This document shows, piece by piece, positions 1 to 8,175 of a stretch of DNA of 25,365 nucleotides. Positions within the stretch are counted from its first letter, which is position 1; the number at the start of each line of letters is the position of its first letter. The notes beneath the pieces were generated by a model. The model saw only the letters and a list, made by a program, of their open reading frames with translations, searched no databases and was not told the DNA's origin. Source of the stretch: an archaeon. Lineage in GTDB: Archaea > Iainarchaeota > Iainarchaeia > Iainarchaeales > CSSED10-239. Location: NCBI GenBank assembly GCA_035357435.1, contig DAOPNM010000006.1:1-25365 (forward strand). The letters are read 5' to 3'. A program made the position numbers and the translations under genes.

Positions 1-1203
1 ACCCTGTATCTTTATAATCTCTTTAAACTTAGATAGGGCTTGACCAGACAAAATTGTTTCTTTTGCAACTTTATAACCAGTACCTTCCTGTGCACCACCA
101 ACTAATTCTAATAAAGCACCTGCAATCTCACAACTTTTGTTTCCTAAATTATCAAAATGTTTTCCTTCTAATAATCTTAAAACCTCTCTTGCTTCTAAAG
201 ACGGCCCAAATGCCCTTCCACATGGTTCTTCACCATCAGTTAAAAGAGCTTTTGTTTTAATTCCTAAAGATCTTCCAATTAATATAAATTTCTTTGCTAA
301 TCTTTGTCCTTGTTCTTTATCTTTCACTTTAACATTTGAACCTATAGGAATATCAATAACTAAATAGGTAACCCCTGTTGCTTTTTTCTTTGAAAGAATA
401 GAAGCAATCATTAAACCTTCAGGGTTTATATGTAATGAATGTTCTATTCTAATAAAAGTGTTATCTACTGGAGAAATATCAACCTCTCCTTCCCAAGTAA
501 TAACCCCTTTTACTTGATCAATCATATGCTTTATTTCATCAACTTTAAAAGAAACAGGGGCTAACACTTCCATAGCATCTGCAGTTCCTGCTGCAGAACT
601 TATAGAACGAGAAGATGTTTTTGGAATATTATAACCAAGAGATGCAATTATTGGAACTATAACCATTGAAACTCTACCATTTATTCCACCTATAGAATGT
701 TTATCTAAAATTTCTTTCTTCCCAAAACTTAATCTGTCACCTATATCAATCATCGCATTACACAAAAAACCAGTTTCTTCTATATTTAATCCATTAATAT
801 ATAGTGCAGTAACAAATGCAGACAATTCTGTTTCTAAAATTTTATTATGTTTTACATCATCTATAATGGTATAAATTTCATCTTTCAAAAGAACATTGTT
901 ATTTATTTTTTTCAAAATATATTCAAGAGACTTAGGGTAAGGCAACAAACTCACTTTAAGTTCTTCTTCTGGCTTTAATCCCAAACTATTGGCAAGATCT
1001 TCAAATATACCAATATGATTAACATCTACATATTGGTCAGAAATATCTAAAATACATGTTGTCTTTAATCTATGGTCTTTAACTTCCAATCTACTTAATG
1101 GATATGCACCCAATAATTCTGCATTTTTTGAATTTAAAAGAGCAACAGGATAATTTGCTAAAATATTTATAATCTTTACTTTTAAACTAATTACACTTTC
1201 CAT
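1..1203 (-). CDS. deoA: AMP phosphorylase (thymidine-phosphorylase family); N-terminal 401 aa, 3' end runs off the window
   Basis: This gene is absent from the supplied ORF track because its stop lies beyond position 1. Reading the minus strand from the ATG at 1203..1201 gives an uninterrupted 401-codon frame down to position 1: MESVISLKVKIINILANYPVALLNSKNAELLG...DKHSIGGINGR...PKTSSRSISSAAGTADAMEVL...GPSLEAREVLRLLEG. The HSIGG and SSRxIxSAAGTAD motifs, together with the roughly 80-aa N-terminal extension, are typical of archaeal AMP phosphorylase. Confidence 0.8.
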   Translation of the reverse strand, partial: MESVISLKVKIINILANYPVALLNSKNAELLGAYPLSRLEVKDHRLKTTCILDISDQYVDVNHIGIFEDLANSLGLKPEEELKVSLLPYPKSLEYILKKINNNVLLKDEIYTIIDDVKHNKILETELSAFVTALYINGLNIEETGFLCNAMIDIGDRLSFGKKEILDKHSIGGINGRVSMVIVPIIASLGYNIPKTSSRSISSAAGTADAMEVLAPVSFKVDEIKHMIDQVKGVITWEGEVDISPVDNTFIRIEHSLHINPEGLMIASILSKKKATGVTYLVIDIPIGSNVKVKDKEQGQRLAKKFILIGRSLGIKTKALLTDGEEPCGRAFGPSLEAREVLRLLEGKHFDNLGNKSCEIAGALLELVGGAQEGTGYKVAKETILSGQALSKFKEIIKIQG

Positions 1204-1219
1204 AAAATAAATTCCCCAC

Positions 1220-1549
1220 TTATTTTTTTAAACTTTCAACCATTTGTTTTAAAATCTCTAAAGGCATAACCCCTACTTGTTGTTTAACAAGCTTTCCATC
1301 TTTAAAAAACAAGACAGTTGGTATTGACATAACATTGTATCTTTGAGAAATATCTCTATTTTGATCAACGTTTACTTTCAAACATACAACATCTTCATTG
1401 TCTTTTGCAAAAGTATCATATATTTTAGAAAACATTCTACATGGGCCACACCATTCTGCCCACATATCAACAATTACAATTCCTTTTTTATTAATTTCTT
1501 TATCAAACTCTTTTGCATCCGTTATTTCTTTTATATATTTACTACTCAT
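1220..1549 (-). CDS. trxA: thioredoxin
   Basis: 109 aa with a WCGPC active site (DMWAEWCGPCRMF) and a cis-Pro region (SIPTVLFF). The length is right for a thioredoxin fold. A GGTGAT Shine-Dalgarno lies 3 nt upstream of the ATG. Confidence 0.9.
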   Translation of the reverse strand: MSSKYIKEITDAKEFDKEINKKGIVIVDMWAEWCGPCRMFSKIYDTFAKDNEDVVCLKVNVDQNRDISQRYNVMSIPTVLFFKDGKLVKQQVGVMPLEILKQMVESLKK

Positions 1550-1552
1550 CTT

Positions 1553-1558
1553 ATCACC
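1553..1558 (-). promoter_or_regulatory. Shine-Dalgarno site of the thioredoxin gene
   Basis: Minus strand reads GGTGAT followed by AAG and then the ATG at 1549. Confidence 0.5.
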
Positions 1559-1583
1559 ACACCAAATTTTTAACTATTACAAA

Positions 1584-2630
1584 CTATAATAAAAAAATAA
1601 TTAATATTAAAATAATTACACCAATAATAATTAAAAGCAAATCTTTCCCAGAATTCAAACCAATATTCTGTGCCCATTCATTTAATTTTGAACTAGTTCT
1701 ATTTAAAAATGAAGCATTTGTATCAACAGAGGCAATCAAAACATTATCTGAAATATTATCAACACCAACAATAATTGGCTCTTGAGAAACATTCTCATCA
1801 GGAGAACTATTTTCAGAATTTAATGTATCTTGTTTTTTAACAACAACCAAAACATCTTTCAAATTATAGGTGTAATATTTATTAAATGCAACACAGGATA
1901 CAAAATAAATGTCTGGAATAACATTAATGTCTTTATTTAAGGAAAAATTAATATCAAATGACTTATTCCCTTTATATAAAATATTTACAATAATTTCTTT
2001 TGGGGCAATACAATTTATATCATAAATATAAGGATCATCAACATATTCTGTTAAAGAAATTATATCATAATCATTATTATTCAAAAGATAAACTATATTT
2101 CTAGAATAATTATACCCTTTCAATATTTTTTTTGCAGAATCTATTTCTGTTAGTGGAAATAAATTATTTGAATCTTTAGAAGTAATTGTTATATATTTAT
2201 TAGCAGTTTCTAAAACATTTCCATAACTATCATAAAGCTTAGCATAAATCTTTAAATTAACAGTATTATCTTTAAAATTTTTAGAAACCAAATTAAGTGC
2301 AATATCTGTATCCACTGTTGAAGTAAACAAACCATAATCTTTTGATAATTCAATTGACAAAGAACCATTTAATGGATTATCTGGATAAACATCTACAAAA
2401 TATTTCACTAATGTATTACTATATTGATTTGGTGGAAGATAATCTGAAGAAATATTCAAATATATTTGCTTAAACATATTTGGATACATATAAAAAACAT
2501 TATCCCCATAATCAGGAGAGGTTTTCAAAGAAATTGACAATGAAGAATATGCAAAAATATTTTGCATTAACGGGAACATAAAAAATAATAAAATTAACAA
2601 CAACACATATTTTTTTTGCATAACATTCAT
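1584..2630 (-). CDS. hypothetical secreted, C-terminally membrane-anchored surface protein
   Basis: 348 aa. The N-terminus has a hydrophobic signal-like segment (KKYVLLLILLFFMFPLMQNIFAYSS). The last 18 residues form a transmembrane helix (LLLIIIGVIILILIIFLL). The middle is a beta-rich, Asn/Tyr/Asp-rich ectodomain. I recognise no family. Confidence 0.6.
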   Translation of the reverse strand: MNVMQKKYVLLLILLFFMFPLMQNIFAYSSLSISLKTSPDYGDNVFYMYPNMFKQIYLNISSDYLPPNQYSNTLVKYFVDVYPDNPLNGSLSIELSKDYGLFTSTVDTDIALNLVSKNFKDNTVNLKIYAKLYDSYGNVLETANKYITITSKDSNNLFPLTEIDSAKKILKGYNYSRNIVYLLNNNDYDIISLTEYVDDPYIYDINCIAPKEIIVNILYKGNKSFDINFSLNKDINVIPDIYFVSCVAFNKYYTYNLKDVLVVVKKQDTLNSENSSPDENVSQEPIIVGVDNISDNVLIASVDTNASFLNRTSSKLNEWAQNIGLNSGKDLLLIIIGVIILILIIFLL

Positions 2631-2665
2631 ATTTATTAATTGCTTATCTATAAATATCTATAAAC

Positions 2666-2971
2666 TTAATCTTTTAAAATAGTATTTATTGCACTCAAAA
2701 CCTCTTTCAAAAGAACTCTTGCCACATCTTCTGAAATTTGATCTTTTATAAGAATTTTTAAAGAATTAAATATTGTGATCTTCCCATTTGAAGAATTAAC
2801 ATCTATAAAAAAAGGAGACCCATCTTTATCTAAATAATACCCTTTTTTTTGTAATTCCTTTGACAACATAGAAACATCTATTTTTTTTGAAAACCTTGGA
2901 TAAAATTCAAAACCAGGTGTAGATTTACAAGTGTCCATTATAAACATATCTTCAGATAACATAAATATCAT
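2666..2971 (-). CDS. hypothetical small alpha/beta protein
   Basis: 101-aa ORF in a tight co-directional array, 58 bp after the ATPase gene and 35 bp before the surface-protein gene. An AAGGT SD-like motif abuts the ATG at 2971, so the ATG at 2962 is an alternative start with better spacing. No motif recognised. Confidence 0.45.
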   Translation of the reverse strand: MIFMLSEDMFIMDTCKSTPGFEFYPRFSKKIDVSMLSKELQKKGYYLDKDGSPFFIDVNSSNGKITIFNSLKILIKDQISEDVARVLLKEVLSAINTILKD

Positions 2972-3029
2972 ACCTTTCTATAATATCTAGTAAATTATAT
3001 AATTAACCAATATTTAATTATATCATTAA

Positions 3030-5591
3030 TTATATCTTTTGCCCTAACACCCCGTCAATTACAATAACCTTCTCATTATTTGACTTATTTGTTAAAAATA
3101 TATTCCAAAGAGGCCAATAAATTTCTTCAAAAGAAACAAATTCTATATCTCCCCACAACTTTATTAAAAGCTCTTTTATTTTATTAATATCAAAAACAAT
3201 TTGTTCAACATCTGCCACATTCTCCTTTTTTAAGGGCAAACCATCTAAGGTCATTAACAATTTATGTTGAGCATCAAAAGGGATATCAAAAACATCTTCA
3301 TTAACTTTAAAATAATTCACTTTGTTTTTTTGAGAAACTGCTAAAATATTTTTACATTTAAATAAATCAATAGATGCTATAATGTCAGACTCTGAAAGAT
3401 TCAATTTCTTTTCTAAAACAGAAATTGGTTGTGGACTTTTCAGAAGATAAAGAATATCTAAATCCTTATCAGAAAACTCAGAAATTAAAGGGAAACCTTT
3501 TGACTCTTTAAAATGAATGCCTAAAAAATGTATAAATTCACCCGTGACTGAATCTATATAACAAGTCATTCTTTTAAATTGATCATTATCAAGATAAAGA
3601 TTATAACTTATTTTATAAATTAGTCTATACTTTAAAACAATATCTTTAATTTTCTCTTTAGATTGAAAAAAAAGACCTTTTGAAATACTTGCTTTTGCAA
3701 TATTTTGTATTTCATAATTATTTATTCTTAATGGCAAACAATATTTTATATTCTCTTTTAGAAGAACATGTTGAACTATTTCTTCTTTATTATCTAAAGG
3801 TTCTTCAAAAGTTTCTTTTGCATCCACATTCTGAGAATCAATATTTTTCACAGAATTCTGTGTTTTAAAAGAAAGAACATTTTTTATTAAAACAACATCA
3901 TTTGCTAAAAGTTTTTCTAAAACATCTTCAAACAAAACATTTGTTTTATATTTTGAATTTACAACATCCAAAATATCTTGAGCAACACTTAGTTTTAATG
4001 ATCCATTTTTTTCTAATTTTTCATAAATTAATTTATAAGCTATATTCAAAACTTGGGAATTACTTAATTTCTTTATATCTCTAATTGTTTCCATATCCCT
4101 TCCTTCATGTTGGCTAGCTCTTGGTGCAACTCTTAAAATAAATGCACGAGAGGTTTCTTCTGATCTGTCTCCAACTAAGGCTGTTGCAAATGGAAGCGTT
4201 TTTATAAAATTTGGATCTTTATATTCATTTGGAATAATTGCAGGCATCCTTTTTTGAATAGCATGAATATCATCATTAAAAATTAACTTATGACTAATCA
4301 AAATATCAACTTGAGAAAGAACCTTTGTATTTATTGCAGAAGGTTGTTGTGTTGCAAAAACTAACGAACAACCTGGTCTCCTACCTTGTTTGACATACTC
4401 AATTAATGCAGAACTTGCAGGAGTTTGTAAATTGCCAGCAGGAATCAATGTGTGTGCTTCATCAATATATAACCAAGTTGGAGGAATTTCTATTTCTAAA
4501 AGCTCCTCTGCATCCATCTCTTTTTTTGATAATTTTTTAATAGCTTCTTCTCTAGCAAGCATTTTTCTTGCAGAAAGTATTCTTCTTGCAAGAATACCTA
4601 TAACCAATGCAGTAATATTCTCTTCTAAAAGAGAAGTATCTAAAACGGTTAATTGCCCTTCTCTAGAAAGCTTACTCAATGGCGTACCAGAATCAGAAAA
4701 AATACCCCAAGATTTTGCAGCATCAAATCGTGAAGATAATGCCCTTATAGAATCTGGTTTATACCCTTTTTTTTGATCTAAAAAATCAGAAGCATTTTGT
4801 AAACAAAAAATAATGTCTTCTAAAGTATAATTATTTCCTTTCCCAGTAATTGATTTAACATCTTTTTTTTCCTGTGTTCCCCCAACTGTATACCCTTTTT
4901 TCACATAATCTATTGTCTTTTCTAACAACAAACCACTTGGACTAAATCTATCAATACCAAATGTAAGACACCAATCATCAACAGTTAACATTGAAGGAGA
5001 CATAGAAAAATAATCATCAAATGTTTCTTTTGAAACATTTTGTGACAAACCAAATGGTACAAACACTTTTAAATTTTTTACACCTTCTGGTTTAAGCCCC
5101 CATTCTTGTAAAATAGAAATTTCTTTTTTTTCTTTATTTGGAAACTTCATACTCCAAAATACACCGACAGGGTCTACAACAATTTGACCAATATACAGAT
5201 TATTTTTAGACAACTGTTCTGCAATAACTCCTAAAACATAACTTTTACCAGTTCCTCTTGCACCATCTAAAAAAATAACATGTGGATTAAGACCGTCTAA
5301 ATAAACCAATTTATTTTTTTGGTCTTCTTCTGCAACTTTACCAATAAGTGCATTTCCAATATTACCATATTGTTTAAGAACACTTTTCTTTTTTCCAATA
5401 TATACACAATTGGGATCTGTTTCTGACTCTAAAAATTTAAGTTCTGGCTTAATTTTTTGAAATTGCTTAGAAAGGTTTTCTGTAGATGAAGATGAAGCTA
5501 TTGATGACGATAATTGTACATCTTTTGAAGAACTATTTTCTGTATCCTCAAAAAAATCGTTTTCTGTACTTTTTGAATGTTTAATTACCAT
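3030..5591 (-). CDS. HerA/FtsK-superfamily (DUF87/COG0433-like) P-loop ATPase with a roughly 350-aa C-terminal extension
   Basis: 853 aa. Walker A is GARGTGKS (aa 110-117, nt 5241-5264). Walker B is WLYIDEAH (aa 373-380). The post-Walker-B block RRPGCSLVFATQQPSAIN and PRASQHEGR are typical of HerA-like ATPases. The N-terminal 60 aa are Ser/acidic low complexity. From about aa 505 to 853 lies an extra region with two winged-helix-like segments and two related beta-rich modules. Confidence 0.8.
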   Translation of the reverse strand: MVIKHSKSTENDFFEDTENSSSKDVQLSSSIASSSSTENLSKQFQKIKPELKFLESETDPNCVYIGKKKSVLKQYGNIGNALIGKVAEEDQKNKLVYLDGLNPHVIFLDGARGTGKSYVLGVIAEQLSKNNLYIGQIVVDPVGVFWSMKFPNKEKKEISILQEWGLKPEGVKNLKVFVPFGLSQNVSKETFDDYFSMSPSMLTVDDWCLTFGIDRFSPSGLLLEKTIDYVKKGYTVGGTQEKKDVKSITGKGNNYTLEDIIFCLQNASDFLDQKKGYKPDSIRALSSRFDAAKSWGIFSDSGTPLSKLSREGQLTVLDTSLLEENITALVIGILARRILSARKMLAREEAIKKLSKKEMDAEELLEIEIPPTWLYIDEAHTLIPAGNLQTPASSALIEYVKQGRRPGCSLVFATQQPSAINTKVLSQVDILISHKLIFNDDIHAIQKRMPAIIPNEYKDPNFIKTLPFATALVGDRSEETSRAFILRVAPRASQHEGRDMETIRDIKKLSNSQVLNIAYKLIYEKLEKNGSLKLSVAQDILDVVNSKYKTNVLFEDVLEKLLANDVVLIKNVLSFKTQNSVKNIDSQNVDAKETFEEPLDNKEEIVQHVLLKENIKYCLPLRINNYEIQNIAKASISKGLFFQSKEKIKDIVLKYRLIYKISYNLYLDNDQFKRMTCYIDSVTGEFIHFLGIHFKESKGFPLISEFSDKDLDILYLLKSPQPISVLEKKLNLSESDIIASIDLFKCKNILAVSQKNKVNYFKVNEDVFDIPFDAQHKLLMTLDGLPLKKENVADVEQIVFDINKIKELLIKLWGDIEFVSFEEIYWPLWNIFLTNKSNNEKVIVIDGVLGQKI

Positions 5592-5922
5592 AAATATTCA
5601 TAATATATTTAATAAAAAAGAAATATATACATTTGCTTTTTTTTAAAAATGTAAATGTATTACATAAACATAGTGTATAAAATAAAATAAATAATTTTTT
5701 CTTTCTTAACCAAGTATATTTAGAAATATTATCAAATATATATACTTATTAACCATTATTAATAAAGATGACTTTATGAAAGCATTATTAGATTTACCTC
5801 AAAATAATTTTAGTTAATATTTTTAGAAGATTAGTATAAAACTTGGTATATACCTATTTCATAACAAACTCTATGCCAAATAAACTAAAAATTATGGAAA
5901 ACAAAAGACAACAATACAAAAA

Positions 5923-6951
5923 TTATTTACTTCTTTTTGTAGCAATTATTATGTCCCTTACTTTATTTCCAGGGACATTTGCATTTATTAACCCTAATGC
6001 AACATCGTCCACACTAGCACCTGCTTTAAACATTGCAGATGCAACAGTATATGGATCTATCCCACATTTAAGTAGTGCGGTTGTTTCTTTAGATGGCCTT
6101 ATATTTGCATCAAGAATTGCCTTTGCAATTTTTGGAAGGGTAACATTATTTTCAATAAAACCCTTATTTATATCTAATAAATTAAAATTAACAGCAATAA
6201 GTCCTTTTGCTGTTTTATTAATATCTATACCTGAATCTTTTATACACATTTTAATAATAGATGGAACATTATAATGCATTACATTTAAAGTTTTAATAAT
6301 ATCAGAAATAGGCACTTTTAAAATATTCAAATTTCTAACAATATTCTCAATGGGAATTCCGTGATCAACCATGGCATTTACTATATATAACATATTAACA
6401 TTTTTTGAACTTAACATACCTTTTAAAATAACAATATCAGTTACACCTGGTAAATCAATAACAGCATCTATGATATCTCCTGGTAAACAATGATGCTCTC
6501 GCATAATTTTTATAATCTCTTCAGGAGAGATATTTTGTTTAAACAATACATTTGCAACATCATTAACTTTATTAAGTTTTATACCTACATCAACAATTTC
6601 AGAAATGGTATACCCTTCTTTTAATGCAAGAGAAAGAATAGATTCAAAATTATAACCTAAATGAGATAAATCTTCTAATGGCAAAACTTTAATTAAATCT
6701 TTTAAAAAAATGCCTTTTGTATATAACTCACTAGCATTTAATTTAAAACCTAAAAGAATCTCAGAGGGCTTATTATAAAATCGTATTTGATCAATTAAAG
6801 AAATTAGCTCTTCTCGTTTTAATGTATGTGGATTTATTTTCTTAAACTTAGGTTTCTTTTTTAATTTGCTTAAGCCACTCTGTAGTATCTCTTTTTTAGA
6901 TACTGGTTTTATATGCAATGGATATTTTTTTGGTTCTTTTCTAAATGCCAT
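5923..6951 (-). CDS. hypothetical helical-repeat protein (about 14-residue repeat), paralog 1
   Basis: 342 aa with a Lys-rich N-terminal tail (KLKKKPKFKK). It shares a conserved block with the neighbouring gene (LLGFKLNASELYTKGIFLKDLIKVLPLEDL). About 16 tandem units of the form [VI]x4[IV]x3[LM]x3[GN] follow, for example IDPYTVASAMFKAG, ASVDDVALGLINAN and VPGNKVRDIIIATK. Confidence 0.7.
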   Translation of the reverse strand: MAFRKEPKKYPLHIKPVSKKEILQSGLSKLKKKPKFKKINPHTLKREELISLIDQIRFYNKPSEILLGFKLNASELYTKGIFLKDLIKVLPLEDLSHLGYNFESILSLALKEGYTISEIVDVGIKLNKVNDVANVLFKQNISPEEIIKIMREHHCLPGDIIDAVIDLPGVTDIVILKGMLSSKNVNMLYIVNAMVDHGIPIENIVRNLNILKVPISDIIKTLNVMHYNVPSIIKMCIKDSGIDINKTAKGLIAVNFNLLDINKGFIENNVTLPKIAKAILDANIRPSKETTALLKCGIDPYTVASAMFKAGASVDDVALGLINANVPGNKVRDIIIATKRSK

Positions 6952-7034
6952 AATATTCTCATTTAAAATAATTAGATATAACTTTTTTATTATAAATAGT
7001 TAAGGAAGGAAAAATATAAAAACGTTTATTAAAA

Positions 7035-8045
7035 CTATTTATTTGAAAAAATATCTCTGATTGTGTCTTTATCCACATCTGCATTAAGTAAACCTAATGC
7101 AATATTGTCAATATTGGCACCAGCCTCTGACAAATAGCGTGTCGTAGAATAGGCATCTATCCCTAATTTAATAAAAATTTCTGCCAATTTACTTTCTTTT
7201 ACTTTTGAAGACAACATTGCTTTTGCAACAAGTACAGGTGACACTCCGGCTCTTAATAATGACCTTGTTGTTTCAAAAACAGAATATTTAGAATAAAGCA
7301 TCACTTTTGCAATAGTTGAAGGAGATTCAGAAACAGACAACAATGTTTTTGAAATAGTTTCTGCATCAATATCTATATTCTTCATCACATCAACTAAATT
7401 TTCTAAAGGTACATTAAAAGAAGCCAATTCTTTTGTAATTTCTATTAAATCATAATTATTAAAATATAAATTAGAGAAAATATCATAAACTTTAACTTTT
7501 TTTAACTCTAACAAACTTTTAACAAGTACATGCAACTTAACTTTGTTTTTTACTGCACCAATTGTTTCATATAAAGAGACATTATTTTTTAACATTGACT
7601 GAATAATTTCCTCTAACTTAATCTTTTGTGCCAACAATGCACTTGTGGCTTTATCTAATTTTTTATACCTTGTTCCAAATGAAATAACGTCATTTATGTT
7701 TTTATTATTATTTAATTTTAAAGACAACTGTGCAACTGATTCAAAATCAAAACCTAATTTATATAAATCATCTAATGGCAAGATAGAAATTATATCTTTT
7801 AAATAAATACCTCTTGAATACAACTCTGCAGCATTTAATTTGAACCCCAATAACATCTTTGATGGATTTTTAAGTTTACTTGCTTGATCTAAGATAGCTA
7901 TCACATCACGACGTGTTAATTCTTCTGGTTTAAGTATTTTTAGACCTTTATTTTGTAAAGGCTCACTCTTTTTTTTAAACTCCTCATGTTTTAATCGCAC
8001 AGATTTGTGCATTTTTTTTCTTTCATGTGGCAACATATTTATCAT
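7035..8045 (-). CDS. hypothetical helical-repeat protein (about 14-residue repeat), paralog 2
   Basis: 336 aa, clearly paralogous to 5923-6951. Shared blocks are LLGFKLNAAELYSRGIYLKDIISILPLDDL and the C-terminal GANIDNIALGLLNADVDKDTIRDIF. The 14-residue periodicity is the same. The start is uncertain, with in-frame ATGs at 8045, 8036 and 8012. Confidence 0.7.
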   Translation of the reverse strand: MINMLPHERKKMHKSVRLKHEEFKKKSEPLQNKGLKILKPEELTRRDVIAILDQASKLKNPSKMLLGFKLNAAELYSRGIYLKDIISILPLDDLYKLGFDFESVAQLSLKLNNNKNINDVISFGTRYKKLDKATSALLAQKIKLEEIIQSMLKNNVSLYETIGAVKNKVKLHVLVKSLLELKKVKVYDIFSNLYFNNYDLIEITKELASFNVPLENLVDVMKNIDIDAETISKTLLSVSESPSTIAKVMLYSKYSVFETTRSLLRAGVSPVLVAKAMLSSKVKESKLAEIFIKLGIDAYSTTRYLSEAGANIDNIALGLLNADVDKDTIRDIFSNK

Positions 8046-8175
8046 TTATTTAAATGTATTTATCAGTTAGATTTATTTAAATTTATTAAATACAATATTA
8101 TTAATTAATCAATTATTAATTAAAATACTAAATATATTAAATAAGTTAAATATAAAAAGAGAATTCAACAATCTA

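Noticed and set aside
54-367. Plus-strand ORFs 54-260 and 137-367 from the track
   Set aside because: They lie antisense inside the well-supported AMP phosphorylase frame (minus strand, 1-1203). Their translations are low-complexity and Leu/Phe-rich, as expected from reading AT-rich coding DNA backwards.
4390-4776. 128-aa plus-strand ORF, plus the smaller ones at 3680-3868 and 3902-4084
   Set aside because: They lie antisense within the HerA-like ATPase gene, whose frame carries Walker A/B and other family motifs.
5843-6274. 143-aa plus-strand ORF
   Set aside because: It lies antisense to repeat-protein paralog 1, whose frame is supported by paralogy with the neighbouring gene.
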